NCBI GenBank assembly: GCA_012295275.1
Contig: CM022679.1
Location: 7,812,001-7,876,000, forward strand
Direction of reading: 5' to 3'
Length of the DNA: 64,000 bases
DNA from: Chrysomallon squamiferum
Lineage: Eukaryota > Animalia > Mollusca
Positions 22,687 to 35,558 of this stretch are shown here, piece by piece. The translations under genes and the position numbers were made by a program. The number at the start of each line of letters is the position of its first letter. The stretch's first letter is position 1. The notes beneath the pieces were generated by a model. It worked only from the letters and a program-made list of their open reading frames with translations. It did not search any database and was not told the DNA's origin.

Positions 22687-23819
22687 CTTTCACCAATATA
22701 ATTAAAATTTTACAGGATGTTAACATAATACCAGGAAAAGAATCTAGGTTATGCACAGAGTGAAACTACTGATATTAACTGATAAATAAATTAGTAACCA
22801 CAGAAACACCCACATCAGAAGACTGGCATGAAGAACGGGACGGAAGTAACAGAAACCAAGACTGATGCCATTTTTGTTAAACAGGAATCCATTAAAACAG
22901 CAATGATTACCCTGTTTGCAAAATTATAACAAAAATGTGACTAGACTTTGATATGGAAATGTAACAGAAAAGGGAAATGTTTTTTTTTTTGTATTTTTTA
23001 TTGTTTGGTTAAAAATGTAAGATAATTTTATATTGAAAACTTTGTCAGTTAAATAATTCTTCCTATTTTTTTTATTAACGTTTGTGTCTTCAGATTTTCT
23101 TGATGTAGCTGTTTATATGTAAAGTATATTTTTAAACAGAATCACTTAAAACTAATTTAATTATTTAACTTTTAGCCTTTTTTTATTTGTTTATTAATAA
23201 TCTTGAAGTATTTATAGTGATTACATAAATACAGAGTAAAATAGGTTTAGAATAAATCTGAAGATAATTATTATTTTAAATTTTTTTAATTTATAAAATA
23301 TTTATATTTTTAAAAAGGAATCAATCCTACTAAGGCTGAGTCATTTAGTTCTGTTTTAACTGATCATAATTTTAATGTAAGAAAAAATGATTTACGGAAA
23401 CAATTAATTAATATACTGTTTACAAATATTTTTTTTTATCAATTACATTACTCTCTGATCTTAGTTAAAAACAGCTCTTTAAATAATTCAAGCAGAAAAT
23501 CTGATAACTTTTTTTTTTATACTATTTAATTTCTATTTACAAAAAAATCATCAATCAAAAAAAAAAAAAAGGAGCACATCCATGATTAATTTCATGAGAG
23601 GAAAAATCATGTTTCAAATTAACAACATGAAGCTGCAGCCTGAACAATATAACCAGGCATTCACGAAGAACTAATCAACAAATGAGGCAAAAAAAGAACA
23701 CAACCTTCTTGTTAAATCTCATTAACAGTATTTTTTTAAATAAAAAATATTATCATCATTATTTTTTATTTATTTATTTATTTTTTTTAAAATTCATACA
23801 GTTAATTCCCCTTCTTCTT

Positions 23820-24240
23820 TTACTTCATCCATAAACACAACACAACTGTTGTCCTTTTCAGGTTCGAGTAACAGATTTTGCCTTCTTCGGGGTCTGCAGT
23901 CAACTCTAAAGAGTTGCTCCCCTTTTCTAATAATACTGTAGTTACCTCCCCTGGGTTATGGGACGGGCTTTCTAGGGGCAGACTGGCTGCATCTGAAATG
24001 GGGGTGCCGCAAAAGCCCGGTTTATTCATGCCTTCTTCTGAAAACGAGCGCTCCTGCAGTGCAAGATGGGAAGGGACAGTGATAGATTCAGAAGTAGCAT
24101 TATCGGGTGTGCTAGGTTCTGCGTCGTAAAGGTCAACGCTGGAAAGTTCACCAAGGTCAATACATGGTACCTCTTTGGCAGCTCGAATGATTCGCTGGCA
24201 AAACACATCGTCCAGGTTGATAGGCTCCTGGTCATTTTCC
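23820..24240 (-). CDS. Unidentified gene, probable last coding exon (ENDQEPINLDDVFCQRIIRAAKEVPCIDL... low-complexity tail)
   Basis: TTGCAG acceptor, GC-richer open frame to TAA at 23820-23822. The true C-terminus is uncertain (see the frameshift finding). Confidence 0.82.
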
Positions 24241-24665
24241 CTGCAAGTTGAAATAAGTGAACAGTTAACAAAAAAAAAAAACCCAAAAACCCAATGCAGA
24301 TGAATGAATGGATTGATAGGTGGATGAATTAATTTAAAACAAATGGTATATTCCTGAAAATAGCAGAAACAACTATAACTAAAAATATCAGCCAACATGA
24401 ACATTTAAAAATTCATCATTCTGAAAATGAAAAATGAAAAATTATATAAAAAAAAAAGAAAAATTACAGAGAATAACCAAACTTAATTTTACATAATTCT
24501 AAAGTAATTTCTTCTAATGTATTTTTTTTTTTTTTTGACAATTTAATTTCATAATATATGATGTCAATGGAAATATGAACTGCAAAAGAGCAGAGAAACT
24601 TAACATAATAATGTTTTTATTTATGATGTCAAATGCAATGAAATAAGAAACATAAATGATAATTA

Positions 24666-24997
24666 AATACCTGCTGTAGACAGAGATAAATACCTGATGT
24701 ATATGATGATATTTGTAAATACCTGTTTTATATGGAGATATTTGTAAACAGATGTTTTATTTGGAGGTATTTTAAACAGCTGTGCATGGAGATATTTGTA
24801 AACACCTGTTTTATATGGAGGTATATGTAAATACCTGTTTTATAAGGAGATATTTGTAAATACCTGTTTTATATGGAGGTATATGTAAATACCTGTTTTA
24901 TAAGGAGATATTTGTAAACAGCTGTTTTACATGGAGATATTTGTAAATACCTGATGTAAATGGAGATAAGTGTAAGTACCTGTTGTAGATGGAGACA
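24666..24997. repeat. ~29-bp minisatellite (ATATTTGTAAATACCTGTTTTATATGGAG), ~11 units
   Basis: Directly visible tandem units; the last unit overlaps the exon-intron junction at 24980. Confidence 0.9.
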
Positions 24998-25090
24998 GCT
25001 ATAGTTGTGGGATGTGGAATAGGAAGAGGAATCTCTAACTTGTCAAACACTCTGTGTTCATACGATGTCTTCCAGGGACAAAGTCTCTCT
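24980..25090 (-). CDS. Unidentified gene exon (ERLCPWKTSYEHRVFDKLEIPLPIPHPTTIAVSIYNR)
   Basis: TTTAG acceptor, CAG|GTAC donor, 111 nt, phase 2-2. Confidence 0.85.
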
Positions 25091-25177
25091 CTAAACAAAC
25101 GATTTTAATATTATATCAGTAGCATGTCATCAAAATATAATGCATTACATAATCAGTGATAAATCATATAACATATA

Positions 25178-25213
<36 letters not shown>

Positions 25214-25262
25214 ATAATTCTCATTAATATACAAGACTGTTTCAGAGTTTTAGAGTTAAGAC

Positions 25263-25354
<92 letters not shown>

Positions 25355-25775
25355 ATACAGATATATGTAAAATTACTGTTGTCTATTTTCTAGTGATTTC
25401 TACATCATTCTGAAAGTGTACATCCAAATGACAAATGACATCTACTGAAACACATTACAGTTAATGTTCAAAATATATTTCTAACAGGAAAGAAAGCTAT
25501 ATGATAAATTAGTGGCTATTAAAATGTCAGGAATCTAACAGTTTTTCAAAGATACATGACATACATGACATCATAGTATCATTACTACTAATCATTAAAA
25601 GACTTTTGATTTTTTCTTTATTTTATTTCTTTCTTTCTTTATTTGTTTATTTATTTTATTTATTTATATATTTATTTATTTATATTTATTTTATTCATTC
25701 ATTCATTCATTCATTCATTCATTCATTCGTTTTATTTTATTTTATTATTATTATTTTTTTTTTTTTTTATCAAAC

Positions 25776-25866
25776 CTTGGTGTTCCTAAGTGTGTGCTGT
25801 GGACAAATTTCTGATTTGGGTTAAAGTAGCCAGTGTCCAGGCTTGGAGTCTTCACTGCTATTTCAC
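25776..25866 (-). CDS. Unidentified gene exon (SEIAVKTPSLDTGYFNPNQKFVHSTHLGTPR)
   Basis: CTTTTCAG acceptor, AAG|GTTTG donor, 91 nt, phase 1-2. Confidence 0.85.
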
Positions 25867-26210
25867 CTGAAAAGTGAAAAATAATCCATACACAGATGAG
25901 ATTTTTGTCATCAAGTATAGGAAATGTCACATTCAGAATTTCATTAATACATTTATTATATTTAAAAACAGAGTCAATATCAACATTTTTATAGAACAGT
26001 TCAAGCATGCCTACCATGGTTACCACTACTCTGAATATCAATATGTTAACAACTTTGTATTTTTTATCTTTAAGAAAAATAAATATTCTGAGAAAAATCG
26101 TTTTTTCATTCTTCTTCGTCTTTGTTTTGTTTTTCCACCAATTTTAAAGAACCATAGAATTTTCCTCAAAATTCAGTAATTAATAGTTTTTTTTAATTTT
26201 TTTTAATTAC

Positions 26211-26307
26211 TTGACGGTGTTTGAACTTCTGTTACGACATCAAGGTCGTCGTAGAATTCTGCTGACGCCAGCATGCCAATGTAGCGAGACAGGTTCAGAT
26301 GTTCAAC
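26211..26307 (-). CDS. Unidentified gene exon (VEHLNLSRYIGMLASAEFYDDLDVVTEVQTPS)
   Basis: TTGCAG acceptor, GTAAT donor, 97 nt, phase 0-1. Confidence 0.87.
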
Positions 26308-26808
26308 CTGCAAATGAACAGTTAAATAAAACTTAAGTTTTAAATTAGCATGTAGACCTTGTAACCTTTCCTCTTTAAAACAGATTTCTGTGCAAGACGT
26401 GCAAATCTGGAGCACTGGCTAAAGGATGATACTGAAAAGTTTTTTCAGCAGAAGTATCTATTTAAATAACAGTTTCATTTTAATCCTACAATTTGTTTTT
26501 TTTAATAATCATAGATGGTGATAAATGAACTATAACCTAGATGATGGGATTTGTCTATGTAACAGTAAAACTGTAGATCAAAAATGTTGTTTGGACAAAA
26601 TTTCAAATGGATAAAAATCTTACAGGAAAATATATTAGAATGGACAAAATCTCCAACAATTTTTGACCATAATTTAACAACAGAATGAAAGGTTAACATA
26701 TTTTAAACTTATTGTTCACTGACAAAATTTCTTGGGTTAAGAATTCGAAGATAATTCATATTAATTCCCTAATTTCTTGAAAAGTCAGAAGATTTTAAAA
26801 AATTTTAC

Positions 26809-26894
26809 CTTAAGTTCAAAAGTGACATCGGTATCTTCAAGTGGGGTGAGGAATCCTTTAGAGAAAATATCAGCAAGTTTCTTGCAAGCAAAGC
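26809..26894 (-). CDS. Unidentified gene exon (GFACKKLADIFSKGFLTPLEDTDVTFELK)
   Basis: TTTCAG acceptor, AAG|GTAAA donor, 86 nt, phase 1-0. Confidence 0.87.
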
Positions 26895-26921
26895 CTGAAA
26901 TAACAGTTAAAACATAAAATA

Positions 26922-27303
26922 AAAGTTTTAAATACTTTCAGTATGACTAGTCACAGTTAAATTTTTTAAATACTTCCAGAATCACTAGCTAAATGTAAAA
27001 GTTTTAAATACTTTCTGGATAACTAGTTACATGCAAAAGTTTTAAATACTTTCAGAATCACTAATTACATGTAAAAGTTACAAATACTTTCAGAATTACT
27101 AGTTACATGCAAAAGTTTTAAATACTTTGAGAATTACTAGTTAAATGTAACAGTTTCAAATACTTTCAGAATCACTAGTTACACATAAAACTTTCAAACA
27201 CTTTCAGAATCACTAGTTTTGAAACAGGTACAATACTTTCAGAATCACTAGTTTTGTAACAGGTACAATACTTTCAGAATCGCTAGTTTTGAAACAGGTA
27301 CAA
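26922..27303. repeat. ~39-bp intronic minisatellite (AAATACTTTCAGAATCACTAGTTACATGTAAAAGTTTT), ~10 units
   Basis: ACTTTCAGAATCACTAG core recurs every ~35-40 bp and fills most of the 26895-27321 intron. Confidence 0.9.
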
Positions 27304-27321
27304 ATCTTGTTAACACTTTAC

Positions 27322-27448
27322 CATTCCAGTCTCGAAACTCCAGCTGATTCTTTTCCCAGAATTCCTCTTCGGTCTGATCCTGGAGTCTTGACAGAACATG
27401 TTTCGGATAAAACTTCTCCAGCAGTTTTGATGACAGCAGAATACACAA
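27322..27448 (-). CDS. Unidentified gene exon (LCILLSSKLLEKFYPKHVLSRLQDQTEEEFWEKNQLEFRDWN)
   Basis: Poly-T CAG acceptor, GTAAA donor, 127 nt, phase 0-1. Confidence 0.87.
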
Positions 27449-27518
27449 CTGAAAAAAAAAAAAAAAAAAAAATTACTTGATTATTTTCTTATTAATTTAT
27501 TCTTTCTCTTTAACCCTT

Positions 27519-27622
<104 letters not shown>

Positions 27623-27723
27623 CATCATCATTATCATTTCTTTTTCATTCTAAACTGTTAATCACAACAAAAACAATACACCTGATTTTAAACCAGTTTC
27701 AGGATAATTATTACAGAACAAAC

Positions 27724-27799
27724 CTTTAGATCCCGTTCCGACAGTCTGATTCTTCTCTGTAGTTCATTATACAACCCTGTGTACAGAAGTCTTTCTCTT
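27724..27799 (-). CDS. Unidentified gene exon (RERLLYTGLYNELQRRIRLSERDLK)
   Basis: TTTTCAG acceptor, AAG|GTTTG donor, 76 nt, phase 2-0. Confidence 0.85.
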
Positions 27800-28437
27800 C
27801 TGAAAACCACAAAATTAAACTACAAGTCTTGTTTCTTAAAAAAAACATTTAAAATAAACCCACATTTAAGGCTATATATAATATTAACAAGCATATTTGA
27901 AGGTAATATTTTTGATAAGGATAAAGTAACTCTTTCAATTATTTCTTGCAACTATTCTTTGTTTATAATAAGGTAAGGTAATAAAATAAGAGGCTGCATG
28001 ATGGCTCATAGATTCTGTTTTTATTTCGACATTACAAAGTGCAGAAAAATACTTGTATTATTCTTCAGAATAAAGCAATTATGAATGAATGGGAAAATTA
28101 TATAACTATTATCTTTTGGAAAAACATTCTGATAAATAAAGAGAATTATACATCAAAATTTCATGAAAAACCAACAACAATAACAACAAAAAAAATTTCA
28201 ATCTAAATAATAACAATGACAAGTTATTAACTAGTCAAGCAAACCATTTCAAAACTTAGGAGGAAAAAAAAAAAAAAAAAAAAAAAAGAACAAAAATATT
28301 AAAGAAATAAAATTTAATAAAATTGCACCACTTATTTTAGATCAATCTTCTATAGAATTCTTGACTGTACGTATGAAAAAAGACTCAACCAAGGAAGTGC
28401 AGGATTATTAAATTTAATTATCTACATGTTCACTTAC

Positions 28438-28557
28438 TCTGTTGCTTTGGTGACAAGATCAGTACGATACAGAGACGTCTCTGTGACCAATCTTCTGTAA
28501 ACTCCATCTTCCACCAGGTCTGCAGAAAATGGCTTGAAGCACTGCTCAGCAAATTTC
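28438..28557 (-). CDS. Unidentified gene, most 5' exon found (KFAEQCFKPFSADLVEDGVYRRLVTETSLYRTDLVTKATE)
   Basis: TTGCAG acceptor, GTAAGT donor, 120 nt, phase 2-2. Model join(28557-28438,27799-27724,27448-27322,26894-26809,26307-26211,25866-25776,25090-24980,24240-23820) is open with all seven junctions phase-compatible. Confidence 0.85.
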
Positions 28558-28767
28558 CTGCAATGAAGAACCATCATCAATATTCCATACTTTTTGTATC
28601 ACTGGCACAGGAAAAGATGAATGGTGCTTGTGTCTGTCTGTCTGACTGTCTGTGTGTCAGTGCAAGTAACTACTTCATCTGAATTCAAGATGTCCATGGC
28701 TTAATAGTTTTAAATGATAAATCTGTCTGTTTTGTGTTGGTGTTTATCTGTATCTATCTATTTGCTT

Positions 28768-28825
<58 letters not shown>

Positions 28826-29268
28826 TTGTGTGATTTCAGAGAAATCTGTATTTCACATATATACATCTGCATGTGTTTAAGTGTATTCATGTGTTTAAAT
28901 GTGTGTCTATGTGGCTGTATTTATGTGCATCTGTCTGTCTAGATGTTGTTGTGTATATTTGAGATAGCTTGCATTTGTACATATTGTCATAACTGTGTAT
29001 ATATACTGCTTGTTTTTGATGTCTTTTATTAACAAAAAATGTGGAAAAATATATATATATACAAGAAAAAAGTATTGTTATTGTTGTTTATATGTAACAA
29101 CAACTAAAATATTCTTCCTCACAACAACTAAATTAAATAAGTTCTAAACAGTCAAATGACTTCAGATGATCACACCAGCAATACTTGTACATAAAACACG
29201 TATAAGACTATGAAAAAATTATTCTCAAATTATTTTAAGTTTCAGATGTTCTTGTGACTTAAAAATTT

Positions 29269-29313
<45 letters not shown>

Positions 29314-29314
29314 A

Positions 29315-29362
<48 letters not shown>

Positions 29363-32259
29363 AAGAGAGACAGATGGAAACATACAAAAAAAGAAAGAAA
29401 AGCCCACTACATAATAAAAACAGACACACACACACACACACAGACGTTTATTAAAGAACTTTACACATTCACAGACACACACACACACACACACATACAC
29501 AAACACACAGACACACAGACATCAAATGTGCAGTTTCGTTTGAAACACACACACACAAAAAGACACACACATGGACACAAACACACATACACAAACACAC
29601 GTCTGGACACAAACACACACACCCAAACACAAACACAGACATAGACAGAACACACAACACACACAAACACACACACAAAGATGGAGACAGATGGAAACAT
29701 ACAAAAAAGAAACAAATGGCCACCAGATTCGTCTTGAAAAAACGAGTTTTATTTCTTTGGACTTTGAACTAACGGGATTAAAGAACTTTAATCATTCTGG
29801 TCATTTTGGGTAAAATGAAAAAAAAAAAACGAAAGAAGAAGAAGAAGAAGAAAACAATGAAAATGAAAAAAAAAAAAAAAAGCTTAAAAAAAAAAAAAAA
29901 TGAAAATAAAATCTGAGGATATTTTCTTGTAATACTGTGAGAGCTTCATTGATATTGTTTTTCCTGTCAGTCTTCTTTGATGTTAAAGATTAAATTCCCC
30001 CTGACAGCCATTTTGTAATGTGAAGAAATGAAAATAAATGATAAAAGGAAAAATTGATCAGAGAAATTTTTGTCCTTGCAGTCTTTCATTTTTTTATTTT
30101 TTTTATTTTTTTCTCAATCTGTCTGTGGATTTAGCTATGAAAAAGAGCTTAAGAATTTTATTTCATTTCATTTCTTTTTTGGTTTTTTTTTTTCGAGAAC
30201 TGACAACATCATACAAGATAAATGAACTTAATAAATTCATCTTTAACTATTTCAATGACTTGTTTCAGAATTTTTTTTTTGTTTATTACTGTGGATTAAA
30301 ATAATATTAACAATAACAACAGTAATTAATTTTTGCTTTAAAAACAATCCAAAGAAAACAATTTTGTCAGTGACAACAAATGTGACAGGGTAACAATATA
30401 ACATTTATAATCTTCTGAGCAAAAATCTTCTCTGTAAGGACAACTATACAACATCCAGATTATTTAGTTACAATTGAACTAAGTTCATTTTTTTTCTATC
30501 TCAAAACAGTGAAGGCTAGGTTGGTTTACTAGTTTCAAATTAACCTGATTATTTTTTTTTATTTATTTTTTTTTTTTACTCATTAGTTAAATTAAAATTA
30601 TTATTGCACTGAGCAATTATGAACAAATAACTATTTCATGTTGTTTATATATATATAAAAAAAAATATATATATATATATAAATGTTAATAAAAGACCTA
30701 GCCTGTTTTGTTTTTTTTATTCATAAATAATTTTAATAATAATAATAATAGCATAAACAATAACAATAATAATAACTAACAATAACATAAATAATAAATA
30801 TAACAATAACATAAATAATAAATATAATAATAACAATAATAATAATAATAATAACCACAACACCAATAACAGTTACAAATTATAACATATTAATATCACT
30901 TCTGACAGTCAACGGACCTGTTTCTCTTCTTTTTCCTTTATTTTATTTTTTTTTTTTTGTTTTGAACTTTTCCTGTATTCTTGAATTATGAACCCCTGCT
31001 ATTAATCAAACAAAATGAGAAATCTAGTCTAGAATGTCCACTGAGAAGTATGGATCCAGCAACCTACCTAACTTCAGTTGTGATGTTTTCATGTACAGTT
31101 TGGTTAAATAAAGATAAATCACAAAAATAATCACAAAGAAAATTTTAAAGGATAAAAAAAAAAAAAAAAAAAAAAATGCTATAATTTGCTGCAATTTCAT
31201 TAACAAATTTCAAGACAATGTATACTCGTATTCATTTATAAATAAAATCAATGAAATTACCGATAATGCATGGAATACAAGAAACATGAATTTAGACAAT
31301 TTTTTTTTCTTCTTTTTTATTTTCCCCAGTGTTTTGAATTAATAATGAAGTTTTGCTGACAGTGTATGTCATTAACACTGGAACATTTCAGTTTTTACTT
31401 TTCTTAATAATTATATTCTGTCATACCTCATTATTTCTGAAAAAAATATATTGATTTTTTTTTTTTTTTTTTTTTATGAATTATCAAGTGATATTTGTCA
31501 GGAAAAATAACACTATATATTTCTCTTACTGTTATTTTTTAAAATATACTTTAAATTTTTTTTTTTTCACATAATAATTTCAGAATATCGATACTTTTTG
31601 TGAACAATTTTATTTTTAATTTACCAGCTATTATCACCATTTAAAATGTTTTAAACAACATTTTTCTTTTTCAAAAGCAAAGCAAATTAAAAAAAAAATA
31701 ATAATAAAAAATTGGTTTTTTTTGGAATACTGATACTGCTTGACGATTTTTTTTCAAATTTTATTTTGTTCAAGTGTTTGTTGGAACATTTATTACTCAC
31801 CAAATTCAATCAGATAAAATAATGAAATATGCTTTTTTTGAAAACAGAATAAAATAAAATGTTATGTAATCTATCAACAACAGTAACAATAACGTTCTTC
31901 ACTTTAACATTTTATTCATTTCATTTTCTTTTTCTTAATATTCTTTCTGTCACAATTTCACTCTGATTTTAAATATAATTTAGTAACTTAACAGGAAAAG
32001 AAACTGTGCCAACATTTGAAAAAGTAAAATGATATTCAACAATGTACATTTATTGTTTTTGTTTGTTTTTCCATGTTAACAGTTTTTTTTTGTTAGTCTG
32101 TGTGTGTGTGTGTGTGTGTGTTACTGGAATATGTATGTATATGTGTGTGTGTGTTTGGAATATAATGCTTATTGTGTGTGTATTTTGTATCCATAAATGT
32201 GTGTGTTTATGTGTGAATATATATGTATATGTGTGTGTGTGTGTCTGTGTGAATGTGTA

Positions 32260-32313
<54 letters not shown>

Positions 32314-32934
32314 TGTGTGTGTGTCTGTGTGTGTGTGTGTGTGTCTGGAATATGTGTGTGTGTGTGTGTGTGTGTACTGGAATACGGTACTTCACCACAC
32401 ACATCAATCATATCTACTGCACCATCCTCGACCTGTAATCCAGTTTAATCTGTTTCTACAACTCACACCAGACAAACATCCCAGAACAGTCAGAGATCAG
32501 ACATATTGACACTTTCACACCTGATTTCTGACCTGGTCACATTATTTATGCTGTAACCTTTCACTGGCAGAACATTAGTTTCTAGACCCTGTTGTGTCAA
32601 GTCTTATTTGTTTGTTTATAGCAGATTTCACCCTGTGTGCTGCTTTCACAGCTAATTTCACGGCTACGTTTTGATGTATTGTAGATCACAGAACAAGTCT
32701 CAGGTTCTGTGGTTACATAATTCATAGAGGTTACTGTATGTTAGTCTTTATGTTTATATATATATAAATACAAAAACACACACACATAGATTCATACATA
32801 CATACATACATACATAAATACACATACATACATATATATATATATGTATGTATATATGTATGTATGTGTGTATGTTGTGTATATTCATCCATCCATATAT
32901 CTACATATATCCATCCATCCATCCATATATCTAC

Positions 32935-32966
<32 letters not shown>

Positions 32967-33019
32967 ATTACTATGTGTATGTGTCTAAGTTTGCATATAT
33001 ACACATACACACACACACA

Positions 33020-33200
33020 CATTGTTACATGTTGATAAAGATACACATTGTTACATGTTGATGTAGATATGTAGTGTTACGTGCTGATGTAGATATACAG
33101 TTACATGTTGATGTAGATATATAGTTACATATTGATGTAGATATAATAGTGTTACATGCTGATGTAGATATATACACACTGTTAGATACTGATGTAAATA
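33020..33200. repeat. ~21-27-bp minisatellite (GTTACATGTTGATGTAGATATA)
   Basis: About 7 visible tandem units. Confidence 0.8.
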
Positions 33201-33719
33201 CCTGCATGCAGACATTGACACAGATGCAGACACATACTGCTGCTGATACAATTATTATACACCGTTACATGATGATTCAATTATTTATCTGCCAGACAGA
33301 GAGATCCTGACAACGGTGAAATCCTAAAACCTCTTCTTTTCTTTCTTTTTAATTCATGACAAACCTGACATTTATGATTATTGTCCAATTGATTTTGTCA
33401 CAGAAATGACAACAAGTGGGAAAGCATGCAAATAACTTTGCTAAATGTCAGACGAAATGATTCCACTGTTAGAAAAGCGAGAGTTAAGATGGAAATCTGC
33501 AAGACAAACATCGCATGAAATATGAGGATTTCTGCTGTTGGAGGAGAAGGAGACAAAATGGCATTTGAGGATAAGGAGTATTATGAAGACTAACACAGCT
33601 AGGAGATTAATAATATCGATCTCCGGTGATGGAATGCGCCTGCAGAGGAAAGACTTGGAAAAGAGATTACACGGAAGACATTTGCATACAAAAAAATAAA
33701 ACCCATTTAATTGACTGTG

Positions 33720-33750
<31 letters not shown>

Positions 33751-35466
33751 AGTCTTTTACTCTTTGTAATATAATTGAATGATGATGTTTTTGATGTGTA
33801 GTTGTTATGCCTAATTTTCCATTTATCAGTTCACAAGTTTGTGGTACATGCATTTGAGAATTGTTAAATTTTTCGGATGTTTTTGATGTATAGATTTTTT
33901 ATCTGATTTTCCACATTTCAGTTCACCAGTTGACGTGTGTTAATTTTAGAAATGTTAATTTTTCAGATTTGTTTTTTTATATACAGTTTTTTATTAAGAA
34001 ATTGTTCCTCTTATTAGTTCAGAAATTGATTTGTCTTCTGAAATGTTAATGTTTGAGAGGTTATTTTATTATATTTTTTTGAAATAAACAGGTAAATCAA
34101 GATGATAGTAGAATATGAAAATGTGGAAATATAAACATTCTCACAAAGACATTAATACAAACTCATGTATGCAAAATATACCAATTAATACATATTATTT
34201 ACAGACAGACATACACATTTTTACTCACTTGCTATTAATCACAAACATTATGTAAAATATTTTTTCAAAAAATTAGAAACACAAATTGTCTTTCTCTTTT
34301 CACCAAATTATTTTTTAAATCCTATTTTTAAGTTTTTATTTTACTTACAGAATTTTATTTTATTTTATTTCAACCTAAATTTGAATTTATTCTAAATTCA
34401 TATTTATTTATTTATTTATTTATTTATTCATTCATTCATTCAATACTATTGCTGCTTCAATTTTTTTTCTCAGTTAAATTTTTTTTGCATATTATTATTA
34501 TCATCACCACCATCATTATTATATTAATATAACAAATTCTTTATTTCTGTCAGTCATCTACTAAATTTAGCAACAAGTCCATTGAAAACCAGAGATTTTT
34601 TTTTTTTTTTTTTGTCACACAATTTGATTAGCCGAATTTCTGACAGATTTCTCGGATAAACCCACGTCACAATCTCTGCACTATCTACTGTCAGAGCCTG
34701 ACTGAGATGTAGGAAAATGATTCAATCCCCTGCTTCTTTCGGTCTAACAAAGGACTGCAGTGTCTATCTCAGACAGGCTCTGACACCAGCAACAAGCCAG
34801 CCTTATTCATCATCAGATTAAAACCGGCATCACGCATGTTGTAAACATTCGTGCACCAAACTACATTATCTCATGTTTCAATCCGAGTGAATTAAAAAAC
34901 ACATCTACATCCGAGAAAGAGAAAGAGAGAAAGAGAGAGAAAGAGAAAAAAAAAAAAAAAAAAAAAAAAAAAATAGTTGTTGATATATCACTTTTTGATA
35001 ACTTCTTGTCAGGTCTAGTGATAAATTTGTCAGTAAATAATGGCTGAAAGGTTGTTTTTTTTAAGCTTTCTTAAAATAAATGTCGCTGAAAAGAAGTAAA
35101 TATTTGTTTTTACAATTTCTATGATTCGGGATTAATACGTGTCAAATGTCTGTGTCTGCTGATTTGAGAAATGAAATCCATTGCAGAACTCAGTGGATTT
35201 TTTATTCATTTTTTTTTTTTTCATTTCGCAATAAGGAATTTTTTTTATGTTCACTATCCCAAAGGCTGAAAACAAGCTTTGATGAATCAGTGTGGAGACA
35301 GTGGTTAGAATGGGATACAGAACACACTGTAAACTAATGATGATTTTAATATTTAACTGTACTCTAAACCTGTGTTTCTTAAATTATTTCAGAGCCATTT
35401 ACTCTCCAGACTTCATAGTAGACCCATGTCTAAAAATCTTTATGTTAGTGATAATTTTATTATCAC

Positions 35467-35558
<92 letters not shown>

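Noticed and set aside
22745-22912. Possible extra terminal exon of the unidentified gene (acceptor-like AAACAG at ~22912, two open hydrophobic frames)
   Set aside because: Weak pyrimidine tract and a weak upstream donor; two frames are equally plausible, so it cannot be supported without transcripts.
32385-32415. MIDVCGEVP as an alternative first coding exon
   Set aside because: Phase-compatible, but the donor (CC|GTATT) is poor and it sits beside a GT microsatellite.
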